From the NCBI GenBank assembly GCA_030770535.1, contig JASVEC010000023.1:434001-498000 (forward strand): 64,000 nt of DNA, written 5' to 3'. The notes below the pieces were generated by a model. That model ran no database searches and was not told the DNA's origin. It worked only from the letters and a program-made list of their open reading frames with translations. Origin of the DNA: Batkoa obscura. Its lineage: Eukaryota. Positions within the stretch are counted from its first letter, which is position 1. Each line of letters starts with the position of its first letter. A program made the position numbers and the translations under genes. Positions 12,541 to 24,820 of the stretch are shown here, in pieces.

Positions 12541-12864
12541 TGTGATTTTATAGAATTTTAAGCGAAGTTTTTAAAATACAAATTTTTTTAAAATTGGATA
12601 AAATAATGAAACTAATTCAGACAACCCCATTAGCTAAAATTATAATAAACTTGTAATATTTTCTAAATAAAAGTTAAAAATTATTTATGTTTTTTTTATA
12701 TTTTAGTCTATTTTAGTTTTAATAAAATTGCAAATTAAACCGTATATACTATAAAATAATTATTTATTACAATATTTTTTTATCGAGTGTTTAATTAGTA
12801 TTTCTTTAAACTTTAGTATATAGTTTATTATAAATTTCATAGCTAGTAAAAAAAATAAAGATAT

Positions 12865-12964
12865 GGGGATGTATTTTGTATTTTTAAGAATTTTACTAAC
12901 AAACTTTCCGCTTAAATAGCGCTTAAAAAATGGAAAAGATAATGAAGTCAAAAAAAGCACTCCC
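12865..12964 (+). mobile_element. MITE
   Basis: Consensus match. Confidence 0.9.
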
Positions 12965-13802
12965 ATGTTTAAAAAATAATTTAGTAACTTTTCGATTACT
13001 TGATAAGGATTTATAAAATTTAACACGACAATCCTAATATTAAACTACCATACTATTAAGTTTAATAAATTTAATAAATTTTATTGTGTAGTTGAAAAAC
13101 AAACAATTCTGAAATTTATTATTATTTTATGCTTTTTTAATGCTCCGGTTTTATAAATTGCTTACTCTTCAACTACTCAATAAAATTTTAATAAACTTCC
13201 ATCAGATAGTTAAAAAATTATTAAATTATCACAAAAACTTTTAGTGAACTCTATGTATCAAAAACATAAAAAAGCGAAATTAAAAAATTTTATTTTGATT
13301 TTAACCAGGCTTTTAAGCCTACTCATATTCGAAATAGAGGTTATAATTTTATTAAAAAGTCATCATTTTTAAATCAAACTTTTAGCTAATAGTTCTCCTA
13401 TCTTATACAATTCTGCCTCTTTTCTATTTTATCTCTGAGTAAACTTATATAAAGCATAGTTTAAGCCTGTTGAATATGACTTGCTCAAGTTTAAAGTAGG
13501 AGCTTGTGCTTTAGAGTATTTTTTCTAATTGAATAATCTATTCCGCTACATCCTCCTACCCCTGTCTTATATAACTTATCCCATTTTTCACTTGAACAAT
13601 TTTTATATTACGATTTAAATGAAACTTAATAATTTCGCACCCTTTGGTTTTGTAAACAGTTAACAACTTACAACATTTAAGATAAAAGATAGTTGATATT
13701 AATAAAACCAATAGCTCGATGTTAAGCCTGTTGTTTAATCCTGGTTAACTAGGATGTTAAAAACGCTATAAAATGGCATAAAGCTACATTTAGTATATAT
13801 AT

Positions 13803-13902
13803 GGGGATGCATTTTTGTGTTTAAGAATTTTTCTAACAAATTTTCCGCTTAAATAGTATTTAAAAAGTGGAAAAAATAATGAAGTTGAAAAAAAGCACTT
13901 CC
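13803..13902 (+). mobile_element. MITE
   Basis: Consensus match; TSD ATAT. Confidence 0.9.
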
Positions 13903-14815
13903 ATATAGTTAATTTAAATTAATAGATTTTGAATCCAGAATCAATCAAATAAGGAAATAAAATACAACGGTGGTTGAAAAGTTTATCTTAACATATAAAT
14001 ATGGTATGTTTAATATTTAAACTACAGGATTCCTTTTAGAGAGAACAAGCTTTATCTTTTTAATGTCCTATCTGCTAGCAAAAAACTATCTTTGATCAAA
14101 AAATTTATAAAAGCACAACTCAAAAATAAATATAAATAGTAAAACGCTTTTGATCAAAAAGCACTACTGGCAAAAACTACATTAACCTATTTTATTGTAT
14201 TAATTAAAGTATATAACGTTTTAAAACAATTTGATCCATAGAGTAACAAAAGATCTTTGAAATATAGTTTAGTAATCGGAATATCTTATTTTTTTATAAA
14301 AAATAGTCGGAAGTAAAATTTAGCAATGGAAATAGCCATATATATAAGTTAAGGTTTTTATAACCTCAATAAAAATGTGAAGACCCATAATCTGGAAAAG
14401 AAGCTTTGAAAATAATTTTGAACTTATTATTATAATCCATATCTACACTGGGCTAGTAAACCGAAAGCCTCTTATCTACATATATCAGCTATTTGGGATA
14501 GCTTTTGTTTTTTATAATAGATTAGAGCCATACCAATTGCTCAGTGTATACTAATATTATACTTTTTTCTTCAAAGTCTTGCCTTTCATTATAAATGCAA
14601 TCACATGAACTACTACAAGCATTTTAATAAATTGGTTCTTAGAAATAATATGATATACTTATAATTAGAAATTATATAAACACAAATAGTAATAAATGGC
14701 TATATAAAAAACGATGGGCTCATGTTTATCCTCTTTTCAATGAATTTATATAATGGATTTTATAAATTAGTAATGTAAACCCATTGACCTGAATTGCGAA
14801 ATTGTGAAACTATAT

Positions 14816-14905
14816 AGGAATGTATTTTTTTAGGAATTTTACTAACAATTTTTCCACTCAAATAGTGCTTAAAAGATAGAAAAAGTGAAGCTAAAAAACA
14901 TCCTC
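14816..14905 (+). mobile_element. MITE
   Basis: Consensus match; TSD ATAT. Confidence 0.85.
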
Positions 14906-16545
14906 ATATAAATCTTAGAAAAAATAAAATAGAAGTGTGAACTAAGGCTCATAGTAATTAATAGTAAGTTTAGTTTTTTTTAAAACTTATTTTTGTGTAC
15001 ATTATGAAGTTCAGTTTTTGAAACTTGATCCAGGAGTAGTTGTCCTAAATAGGCCAAAGTAAAGACAAAAAGACTGAGTACATGTAGTGTTTCCATTAGT
15101 ATTTAAATGTAATATGCACTAATCTACCTCTATCTTTTTTCATTAAGGTTAAGATATTAAATTTGATCATAATTGGTTACTAATCATGAAGTTTTATAAA
15201 GGATTTTGAGGGTTTGTATAGTAATATACTTAGCTCATCGATTTTTTATTATTTTGTCAGATAAAGATAATTTGTATCTATTGACACGTTTTAATACTAG
15301 GGCAGGACGCTTCCTGCGCTGAGTCTAATTGTCTCGTTTACCGAAATTTATAAATTACTACCATTTGTTTTTAAGTGAAAGGCTGCTATATAACAACTTC
15401 TACATGATTTTAAAAGCTTATATTTTAATTATTGTACGTTTTAACGTAATTTTTGTATATTTATAGATATGTCATAGGGTGAAATTCCCATCCCAAAATA
15501 ACATTTTCAAAATTGAGATTTAGGTTACAAAACAATCTCAAGTTCAATTAGACTTAATTATTAATTAATAAACCATTAAATTATTCTTGGTAATTGGAAG
15601 CAGTCATAGCACCACAAAACGCTCCAATACCTTTATATTATAACACTAATACATTGAAATTCAATAAACTTAAATCAAATCTAGAATTATCTAATTGAAG
15701 ACTAGTTTATATATTACAAGGAGAAATAGTTTATAATAATTGAATTATATCTTTTTTGAAAAGTAAAATTGCATCTGTCTGTATTTTATAATGAAAAATT
15801 GTTAATTTTAGACTGGAATTGAATCAGTTAGTGGGTTATAATGAATAGTGAAAAAGTAGCACCGTGTATAAACTTTGTAAAACCTAAAGATGTTATGTTA
15901 AAGCTAGTACTGATCTGAAATTTGGGCACATAACTTTAATCTAATAACTAAAATATATTATATAATAATAAGGTAAATGGCTCCAAATTATCAAAAAAAG
16001 GTGATATGGTTGTCTATTCTGATTTTGATTATAACCCATAGTTTTTATTTGGGTATTTATATCAAATTAATATCAATCGAAACTAAATATAGAATAAGAA
16101 TCAATTGTTTAAATCCGAATGATAAATCAAGATTATAACTGTAGTATTTTTTATACATTAAAGTACCTTTTTTTTTTGAACCTTATTTTTTTATAAACTA
16201 TTTTACATAAAATACATTCTACAATGAGTTAAGCAATACATACTAAAACGTATATGAGTTGGCTTATTTCTTATTTAATACAGCAGCTTTCCTGAATGCT
16301 ACTTAAGGATAACTAGTTTATAGATAATTTAGTATGGAAATGATAAAAGCGACAATACTAGCATAAATTTATTGATAAAGTGAGCTTACTAAATCAATAT
16401 CAAGCTTATGAATAAAAAAGAACTTATAATTTTTGATCCTTAAGCACAATCACTTTATTAATAAAATGTTAAATTTGGTCTAAAAAAAGGAACAAAGCTC
16501 ACAATATAAAACGAGGAGAAAGTAATAAATTATTAACAAAATAAA

Positions 16546-17445
16546 ATGTTTTATAGAGCAATAATCACACTCTCTATTTATATTGGATTATCAACATGTA
16601 TTTGGCCCACTGCTATTATAAAAAATATCTCTACTCCAACTTTGAGAACTGTAGTAGATGTTATTGATACTCCGAAGTATTATTATGACAGCAACCAAAA
16701 TAATTATTATGAGTTAGTTACTCCAAAATCAAATGTTAAGGATTCTCCATTGTTAGTTTGGTTATTAGGTGGTGCTTGGGTTAGTGAAGATATTGAACCA
16801 AGTAGAATTATGGCTAATAAATTAGCTGAAAAAAATATCACTACTGCTATTTTACATTATAGATTAAGTCAAAAAAATCAGGTATCAAGTATACAACATC
16901 CAGGTCATTTAAAAGATTCGTTAAATGGATTTACAAACATCACACTTAGTTTAAAAGGATACAATAAGATTTATTTAGGTGGTCATTCTGCTGGTGCTCA
17001 TTTGAGTGCTTTAATGGTATTAGATGGTAGTAATTATACCGATGATAATAAACAGTTGAATCAACTTAAAAATATTAAAGGTGTTATTTCTATTGGTGGT
17101 ATATTTGATATTCCATCTTTAGTTAATAGATACAAAGGCTATAAGAATGAATACATTATACCAGCATTTGGAGATGATATAAATAAATGGAAGAAAGCAT
17201 CACCTCAATTTGTTTCAAAAGAATCATTAAATGATATAGGTTACAATCAACTACCTAAATATTTATTAATTGACTCACAAGAAGATACTCTGGTAAATAC
17301 CGAACAAACAACTGAATTCGCATCCCATCTAAAAGGATTAGGGTTTGATAGTATTCAAATTACAAGTGGTAAATTTGGAGATCATAATTTAATTCCCAGA
17401 AATAGAAACGTTACAGAGCATATTTTTAAATTTATAAATAATTAA
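16546..17445 (+). CDS. Secreted alpha/beta-hydrolase paralog, 299 aa
   Basis: Signal-peptide-like N-terminus and the same catalytic motifs. Confidence 0.9.
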   Translation: MFYRAIITLSIYIGLSTCIWPTAIIKNISTPTLRTVVDVIDTPKYYYDSNQNNYYELVTPKSNVKDSPLLVWLLGGAWVSEDIEPSRIMANKLAEKNITTAILHYRLSQKNQVSSIQHPGHLKDSLNGFTNITLSLKGYNKIYLGGHSAGAHLSALMVLDGSNYTDDNKQLNQLKNIKGVISIGGIFDIPSLVNRYKGYKNEYIIPAFGDDINKWKKASPQFVSKESLNDIGYNQLPKYLLIDSQEDTLVNTEQTTEFASHLKGLGFDSIQITSGKFGDHNLIPRNRNVTEHIFKFINN

Positions 17446-17676
17446 TCTATAATCCATCTTTAATATAACAAGTTTAAACTATAACTATGTTGATTTGGTA
17501 TTGTTCAATCATTTATTATCTTATTATAGAAATTTTGATTTTCTTCTTTTTAATCAACAAAATAAAGCGATACAATGATAGTATAAGAAAAAAGTATCTA
17601 TTAGTATTTTAAGTTTGTATTACCACTTGTTGATAATTTGAATCAACTTAAAATTATAAGTCCATGTAAAAATTGA

Positions 17677-17699
17677 TGCGCCCACCGCGGATTGAACGC

Positions 17700-17743
<44 letters not shown>

Positions 17744-17749
17744 AGCCGC
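17677..17749 (-). tRNA. tRNA-Phe (GAA)
   Basis: Reverse complement identical to 5544-5616. Confidence 0.97.
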
Positions 17750-18369
17750 CACTCTTATAGTTAAACATTAAAATAAAATTTAATCTTGACTTTTTTCTTC
17801 TATAAAAATTTGTAATTTTATTAAATAAATTTCTAAATAAGCTATTTGTTTTAATTAAAATAGAGGTTGTTTATTTTTAATATTTTTTTAACAGTTTATT
17901 ATTACAATAAAAATTGAATTTATTAACTTTAAATTTGAATAAGCTATTATGAAACATCTCTTTATCAGCTCTATGATTGATTATAACATAACAATCACTT
18001 AAGTTGCCGTGTTCTTAAGTTTAGACACAATCAATCCCAAGCCTTTATTTTGATTTGCTATGATAGTTTCTGTTATGTGATTCCAAAGGATATTATCTCC
18101 CCGTTTTGATATACATACTTGTTAAAGTATAAAAGAGGTTTTAGAACATGGTAACTTAGGACCTTTTAATTGGAATATTCCCTAACATTGTACCTTTAAT
18201 AAAGTCACTAAATCTTTTTGGTAATATTTCATGTGGATTTTACAGTAGTATTGTTTATTATATTTGTCTTACATAATCTATAGCCTATTATGTGCTATTT
18301 TTATAATTTAAATCTATGTCAGTTACACAAACTAATATCTTTTGACTTCAACTACTGAGTATCAGATTT

Positions 18370-18845
18370 CACGATAGTAAATTATAGTTTCAAAGTTAAT
18401 TATTCCCTTCTGTACAGCTATTTGTTAACTTAATTATAAATCAATAATATCATATAATATTATAATCGTTTCTATATTTGTTCAATAGTAAATCTGGGAT
18501 ATTGACCATAAAGCAGCTAGTGATAAATATTTTTAATAAAGCTTTGTAAGAATATATATTTATCTCCATATTATAGCTGTAATTAGTATTAATACATGGG
18601 TTATACTAGCAAAATTTTTGCCAATATAAACAATTTTTGTTAAATTTAGTAGGAATTCTGCTAAACAGATATGGGGATGTATTTTTTAAGAATTTTACTA
18701 ACAATCTTTCCGCTTAAACAGCGCTTAAAAATGGAAAAGTAATGAAATCAAAAAAATATCCTCATATGTACTGTAATAAATAATATAAAACTGTCAGATA
18801 TTTTTGTTTTTAATAAGGGATTTATTTTTATAAATTTTTTAGTTC
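18370..18845 (+). mobile_element. Old relic of the Sola-like 3' non-coding region, interrupted by a MITE
   Basis: Colinear similarity to 12260-12600 (e.g. CAGCTATTT.TTAACTT, ATAAAGCAG, AAGCTTT.TAAGAA). Confidence 0.7.
18673..18763 (+). mobile_element. MITE inside a Sola relic
   Basis: Consensus match; TSD ATAT. Confidence 0.9.
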
Positions 18846-18895
18846 ATATATAAATATATACAAGGCGCTTTTTATAAATCTAATGAAATTTATAT

Positions 18896-18992
18896 GAGGA
18901 TGTGCTTTTTTGTTTAAAAATTTTACTACAATCTTTCCACTCAAATAGTGCTTAAAAAATGCAAAAGTAATGAAACCAAAAAAAATAGCCCC
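18896..18992 (+). mobile_element. MITE
   Basis: Consensus match; TSD ATAT. Confidence 0.9.
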
Positions 18993-19174
18993 ATATGTTC
19001 TTATTGTTGATAGTCTATAAATATATAAAAAGAGTAAGTTACAAAAATTAGCGAAATTCAAAAAAATTGAATATAAGGTATAGTTAGTTTACTAACATGT
19101 AACTGACAAAATTAATAAGATCTTAAACAGATAAGCAAAAATTATATTCATGATATCAAATTACTAGAAATCAA

Positions 19175-19960
19175 TTTAAATGAAATTAAAAAACTGGTCA
19201 ATAGCGTTTGAACTCTGAAGTATAAGATAATAATCCCCAAACTTACTATGGACTATCTCTGGATATTATTGAATCTCAATCCTTTTAAATAAGATGCAAA
19301 CTAAGGTGATTGTTTCGAGCTAAATAAATTGCTTTCTTGTAAATCAATTGATAAATAGTTGGGCAGCTAATCATAGTTTATTTTTTTTAATGATTCTTTT
19401 GAAACAAATTGAGGTGATGCTTTCTTCCATTTATTTATATCATCTCCAAATGCTGGTATAATGTATTCATTCTTATAGCCTTTGTATCTATTAACTAAAG
19501 ATGGAATATCAAATATACCACCAATAGAAATAACACCTTTAATATTTTTAAGTTGATTCAACTGTTTATTATCATCGGTATAATTACTACCATCTAATAC
19601 CATTAAAGCACTCAAATGAGCACCAGCAGAATGACCACCTAAATAAATCTTATTGTATCCTTTTAAACTAAGTGTGATGTTTGTAAATCCATTTAACGAA
19701 TCTTTTAAATGAGCTGGATGTTGTATACTTGATATCTGATTTTTTTGACTTAATCTATAATGTAAGATAGCAGTAGTGATATTTTTTTCAGCTAATTTAT
19801 TAGCCATAATTCTACTTGGTTCAATATCTTCACTAACCCAAGCACCACCTAATAACCAAACTAACAATGGAGAATCCTTAACATTTGATTTTGGAGTAAC
19901 TAACTCATAATAATTATTTCCATCACTTCCATAATAGTGCTTTGGAGTAATAGTAGGACC
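19175..19960 (-). pseudogene. Alpha/beta-hydrolase pseudogene
   Basis: Core near-identical to paralogs; TAG at 19367 replaces Gln; further stops in the decayed C-terminus; no in-frame ATG or signal peptide upstream. Confidence 0.85.
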
Positions 19961-20499
19961 ATTATTGGAATTAAATAAATTATAATCCTAAATTCTAAAA
20001 CCCTTTTTTGAATTAATTCGATTAAAGACTTCTATGTATATAGGATCATTTGAACCAATTTTTATTAAATCAAAGTTAGTTTATTTAGTAAACTTTTATA
20101 TTTAAAAATACTGTCTAGTTTATAGAGCTTTTTCTGCTTTGCGCCATGAAAGTGACTCTGTCGATTTAGAAGTTAAGTATGAATGATAAATATCCTTTTT
20201 ATTTAATAGATTAATTAAAAGTAAATCTTTACCATTTGATTATATATATCAGTATTTATTTGTTATTTAATTCTAAAAAGAGCTTTATGAACATTGCTAT
20301 AATTCCTAAATTTTACTATTTTTTAAATTTTTGATACAATAAACTAAATATAAATTCAATATTTATTACATTCTAATATGATTATCTAAAACTTATAAGT
20401 AGTTTAACAAAAAATTACAAGCATCGTAAAATAATTAACTGTTTGAAATCTCAATAAACTTTACATCAACCTAACTACGAGTACAAAAAATAATGACAT

Positions 20500-20595
20500 G
20501 GGATGTATTTTTATGTTAAGGATTTTGCTAACAATTTTTCCACTGAAATAGTGCTTAAAAGATGGAAAAAGCGATGAAGCCAAAAAAACATCCCC
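20500..20595 (+). mobile_element. MITE
   Basis: Consensus match. Confidence 0.9.
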
Positions 20596-20746
20596 ATGCA
20601 TCTTATATGAAATAAAATAAAACAAAATAAACTTATTTAAGTTACACAAGCCTAAAAATCTAGTTTATACAGTTTTAAATCACTTTTTATAACTCTTGCA
20701 TATTACACTATATAAATAAATTTTTCCTTCATCCTACTGAAAGATT

Positions 20747-20752
20747 GCGGCT

Positions 20753-20796
<44 letters not shown>

Positions 20797-20819
20797 GCGT
20801 TCAATCCGCGGTGGGCGCA
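20747..20819 (+). tRNA. tRNA-Phe (GAA)
   Basis: Identical to 5544-5616. Confidence 0.97.
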
Positions 20820-21272
20820 TATAACTTTAACTTCATTAAGTACTATAATTTTTGTTAATCCTGTAATGTTATGATATTAAAGTTAAATTTTGAATTTTAT
20901 GTAGATAGTTTTAATTGCTTTGATTGAGTTTTAAAAGAACTATAATATTTGAATAAGTCAAGGTTCAATTCTAAATGATGTTAAAGCAGAATTGAATAGA
21001 TTAAATATAACTTTAAACAAAGCACTTTAGAGTTATAAAGTTTGATCTTATTGAAAAAGTATTAAATTGCAAACAATTATTAGAATTTAAATCATCTTAT
21101 TTGAATTTAGTCTATCAAAAACCTATTATTCAAAGCGGTTTGAGGCTTTAAAAATGCAAACTTTACAAACAGTTTAAGTATATGGAGAAGGATTCCACCA
21201 GAGCATCAGTTAATCTCTCTGTTTTTTATCTTTATCATCAAACCCATTTCTCGTTTTTTTTATCAACTATAT

Positions 21273-21362
21273 GTGGTTGTATTTATTTAAGAATTTTGCT
21301 AATAATTTTTTTCACTTAAATAGCGCTTAAAAAATAGAAAAGGTAACAAAATTAAATATCTC
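21273..21362 (+). mobile_element. MITE, degenerate
   Basis: Internal consensus match; ends eroded. Confidence 0.7.
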
Positions 21363-21385
21363 TGCATCATTAGTCATTAACATAT

Positions 21386-21481
21386 GGGAGTGTTTTTTTT
21401 GGCTTCATTACTTTTTCCATCTTTTAACCGTTATTTGAGTGGAAAAATTATTAGTAAAATTAAATACAAAAATACATCCCC
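21386..21481 (-). mobile_element. MITE
   Basis: Consensus match; TSD ATAT. Confidence 0.9.
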
Positions 21482-21641
21482 ATATAGTCAAAAAATAATA
21501 ACTAAAAAAATAATGCTTTTAAAAATTCATAACATAATGAATATTTGTACAGTTATAACATTTTTTTAAAACACAATGTTATAAATAATTATTTAAAACA
21601 GTAATAAATTAATCAGTTATAACTTTATTTGATCCAAGATT

Positions 21642-22232
21642 CTAAACATCAATGAAAAATCTATCACAAGTACTTTGACACTCTTCAAACGTTTTAAAAG
21701 CCAAACAGCCATCATTGCAACCATCAAAAGTTGATTTGATACATTTTTCAGTAGCAATATCAAAGTGATAAGATTCAACACCCATGCGACATTTACCAGT
21801 TTCGGTTTTGACAAAGCATCTAGCTGGTACATCTTCAAATTTCTTCTTCATTGTTTTTGGCTTAGAGACTTTACATTGACTTTGGGAGAAAGATGGCATA
21901 CCAGTTGGGTCAATAGGGTTAATAGTAAATTTAGCGCATTCATTCCTACAATCTTCTTCGGTTCTAAAACCTTGACAACCATCATCACAGTCACCAAATA
22001 TCGATTTTTCACATTGTGTAGTTTTTGGGTCATAATGATAACTTTCAAAGCTACCTCGGCATTTACCAGTCACAGATGGAATGAAACATTTAAAGCTTGC
22101 ATCTTACTGGTGATGTCTAAGTGGGCCGGTATGAGAAGCAACACATCCACTTTGGGAAAAGATTTCGCTAGATGGGACAACAGTGGCAAAAACAGCAGAG
22201 AAAGCAGATAAAAGTAAAGCTTTAGAGTACAT
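21642..22232 (-). pseudogene. Two-domain Kunitz gene with a nonsense mutation
   Basis: ATG at 22232 and full 591-bp length, but TAA at 22104-22106 where paralogs have CAA (Gln). Confidence 0.85.
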
Positions 22233-24724
22233 TGTTATTTTGATTTTAATTATAATTATCAAGATTTGATAATAAAAAAGTAATGTAAATTGTTTGCTTA
22301 TATAGTGCTTTCAGCCCAATAAGAGTATTTAAAATAAATACTATTACTTTATGCCATTCATTTTGTTTTCTATTTTTATCTCTAAAATACAAACTATTAT
22401 TAGTATTTGCTTATTACTATAGTTACCGCTTTTACTACTTGCCTGATATCTATAAATGTAGTATATGTTACGAGTTACGCCGTTATGTCCAAAAAAGTAA
22501 CTAAAATCAAGTAAACTATTTGGGGAATTTCAACTATAATTAAAACTTTATTTTTACAAAGAATATTATACCTATGCATATACTATTTCAATGTTGTGTA
22601 TACTACATCAAATTTAATCAAGATTTTATAGCTTATTGTAGTACCATAAAGTTTTGGATAATTGAACTAAGGTATTTTACTACAAGAATAAATGTGATTA
22701 TATTAATCAAATACCGATTACTTTATCAAGTTGTTTTAATATTGACATGTTTTTATTATTAGAATTAAACATTAATAATATTTTTTAGAGACGGTTTATC
22801 TATAATGAAAATTAAGTATTTTGATGTATGTTAATATTTCAGTTAAAACAGTAACAAAATAATAGAAAGATCTAGTCAATGTTATATAGAACTTTATATC
22901 CAATAGTTAATAGGTATCTTGTAATGATTTCACATTGTATATGGATTCATATTTACATCGATTGAATGGAAATCACTTTAAAGTATCAAACAGAATATGA
23001 ATGTAGTACTATTGTTACTGTACAAATTTTATAAGATGGTACTTAATAGTCTAAATTGTATATTGTACTAAGTCATAAGCCCAAAGGTATATAGAACATT
23101 GAAAGATAAAACGACATTCTTAATTGAAGCTTAAGAAATATTAAGCTTGAACAAACCAGCTGAACAATGGTTTCCGTAGAAATTATAATGTAATAGCTTA
23201 AATTTTATTGATTGTGTTGGCTATTAGCCCTAGTTAGATATAGTATGTTTACTCTATCCTTTATTTTACTTTAGCATTTAAAGTAAGGGTACATCTAATA
23301 TAGACTATCACCGAAATATTATTTAGACTAATATGGATTAGTTATATCTAAGTTTAATTTATTTCTAGCTGATTCTTTGTAAATTTAGCAGATTAAATAT
23401 AAATGCTAACAAAATAATCACTCTTTTGCTTGATTTCAAAATGAGACTGAAATTTGGTTTACAATTCTAGTCAACTGTTTAAGTTTTATTGAATTTTAAC
23501 TAGACCCTTAAAGTACAACAAATTTTTAGCTTATTAAAATTTAAAACTGAATGTTGCATGTAATCATAGCGCTGTAAATATTAACGATGCTTAGTTGTGC
23601 CCTATTTGTAACGATAAGCTTAATTGTTGATAATATTTTCTTTCATCAAAGTATCAAGCTGAGAAGGATACCAAGGACTTAATACTGGGAGTGTTGAAGG
23701 AGTCTAAAGTACTTGAATTAAAAGACAGCAGTGTTAGTCTAGTGGCCGAATTTCGATTAACTTTTAATTATGAAAAACTTACTAGGCATAGTATTAACTG
23801 GAGCGTTCTAATAAAGAAACATATTTAAACTTGAGAGAAAAAACCCATAACTTTATTGGAGAAAAAAATCAAGGAAGACGTATACTAGATATTGAAGACA
23901 CTTTCTCAAAAGAACAAATAAACTATAGATTAATGAAGGTACCAAAAACATCAATCTCAAATCATCTATTACTTTTTAACAAAACTATAGCTGAACTTGA
24001 ATTTATTATATCTAGAAACTATAACCTTAGTGGAAGTAATTCAGTTAATACTTATATGATATTAAACAAGATTTTAATATCGAAATGTTTATAGAAAACT
24101 CTAATTATGCCAATGAAAAAGTATACTATAAAAATAATATAAAGGATAAAAACCTATAAAAAAAGATAAAGTAAGCATTGACGTAGAGATATTATATAAA
24201 GAGGATTCAATCCCGCTTATCCACTTGAGAAATATTGTTAAAAATAAAAATATAGCAAAATATTAAACGGTCCTGCTTTCTAATTAAGAATCAAAATGGA
24301 AAAAAGATTAAGGATTTAAAATTCATAACAGAAGATAAATTTGTGAAATTTAAAGCTTTTAAGAAGCTTAGATAGGAGGATTCAGGATTAAACCATCAAA
24401 AATAGATTGATTGAAAATCCCAATTGCTTGTTGCAGCAGTGCTCAATAACATACTAATAAAAGGCCACCTTATGCTTAATGTATTTTTTGTTTAAGTCAT
24501 TGCTTTAAAAGCTTAAATTTGGCTCAAATTATTAATTAGATTAACAAACAAGAGAACGATGTGTACTATGACCATGATATTGGGAATAAACTCATGTTCT
24601 TTTGTAAAATGATTTTACTGTTTAAACAAAACTTACATAATATAACTCTAGTAACTATCATAATCTTCCAGTTGGTAAAAGCACAAAGAACTTCTGTTTT
24701 TTACATTTTTTTAAAATGGCATAT

Positions 24725-24820
24725 AGGGATGTATTTTTGTGTTTAAGAATTTTATTAACAAATTTTCCGCTCAAATAGTGCTTAAAAAATGCAAAAAAAC
24801 AAAGTCAAAAAAACACCCCC
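24725..24820 (+). mobile_element. MITE
   Basis: Consensus match; TSD ATAT. Confidence 0.9.

Larger units (their letters stand above)
10165..12628 (+). mobile_element. Autonomous Sola-like DNA transposon, 2,464 bp
   Basis: Imperfect ~22-bp TIRs GGGGCTGTCCTAATTGGTTTCA / TGAAACTAATTCAGACAACCCC; TSD ATTA at 10161-10164 and 12629-12632; second copy at 43384. Confidence 0.9.

Noticed and set aside
22104..22106. Stop-to-Gln recoding or RIP (TAA/TAG at Gln positions here and at 19367)
   Set aside because: TAA and TAG terminate intact genes here, both copies have other lesions, and the near-identical repeats show no C-to-T hypermutation.
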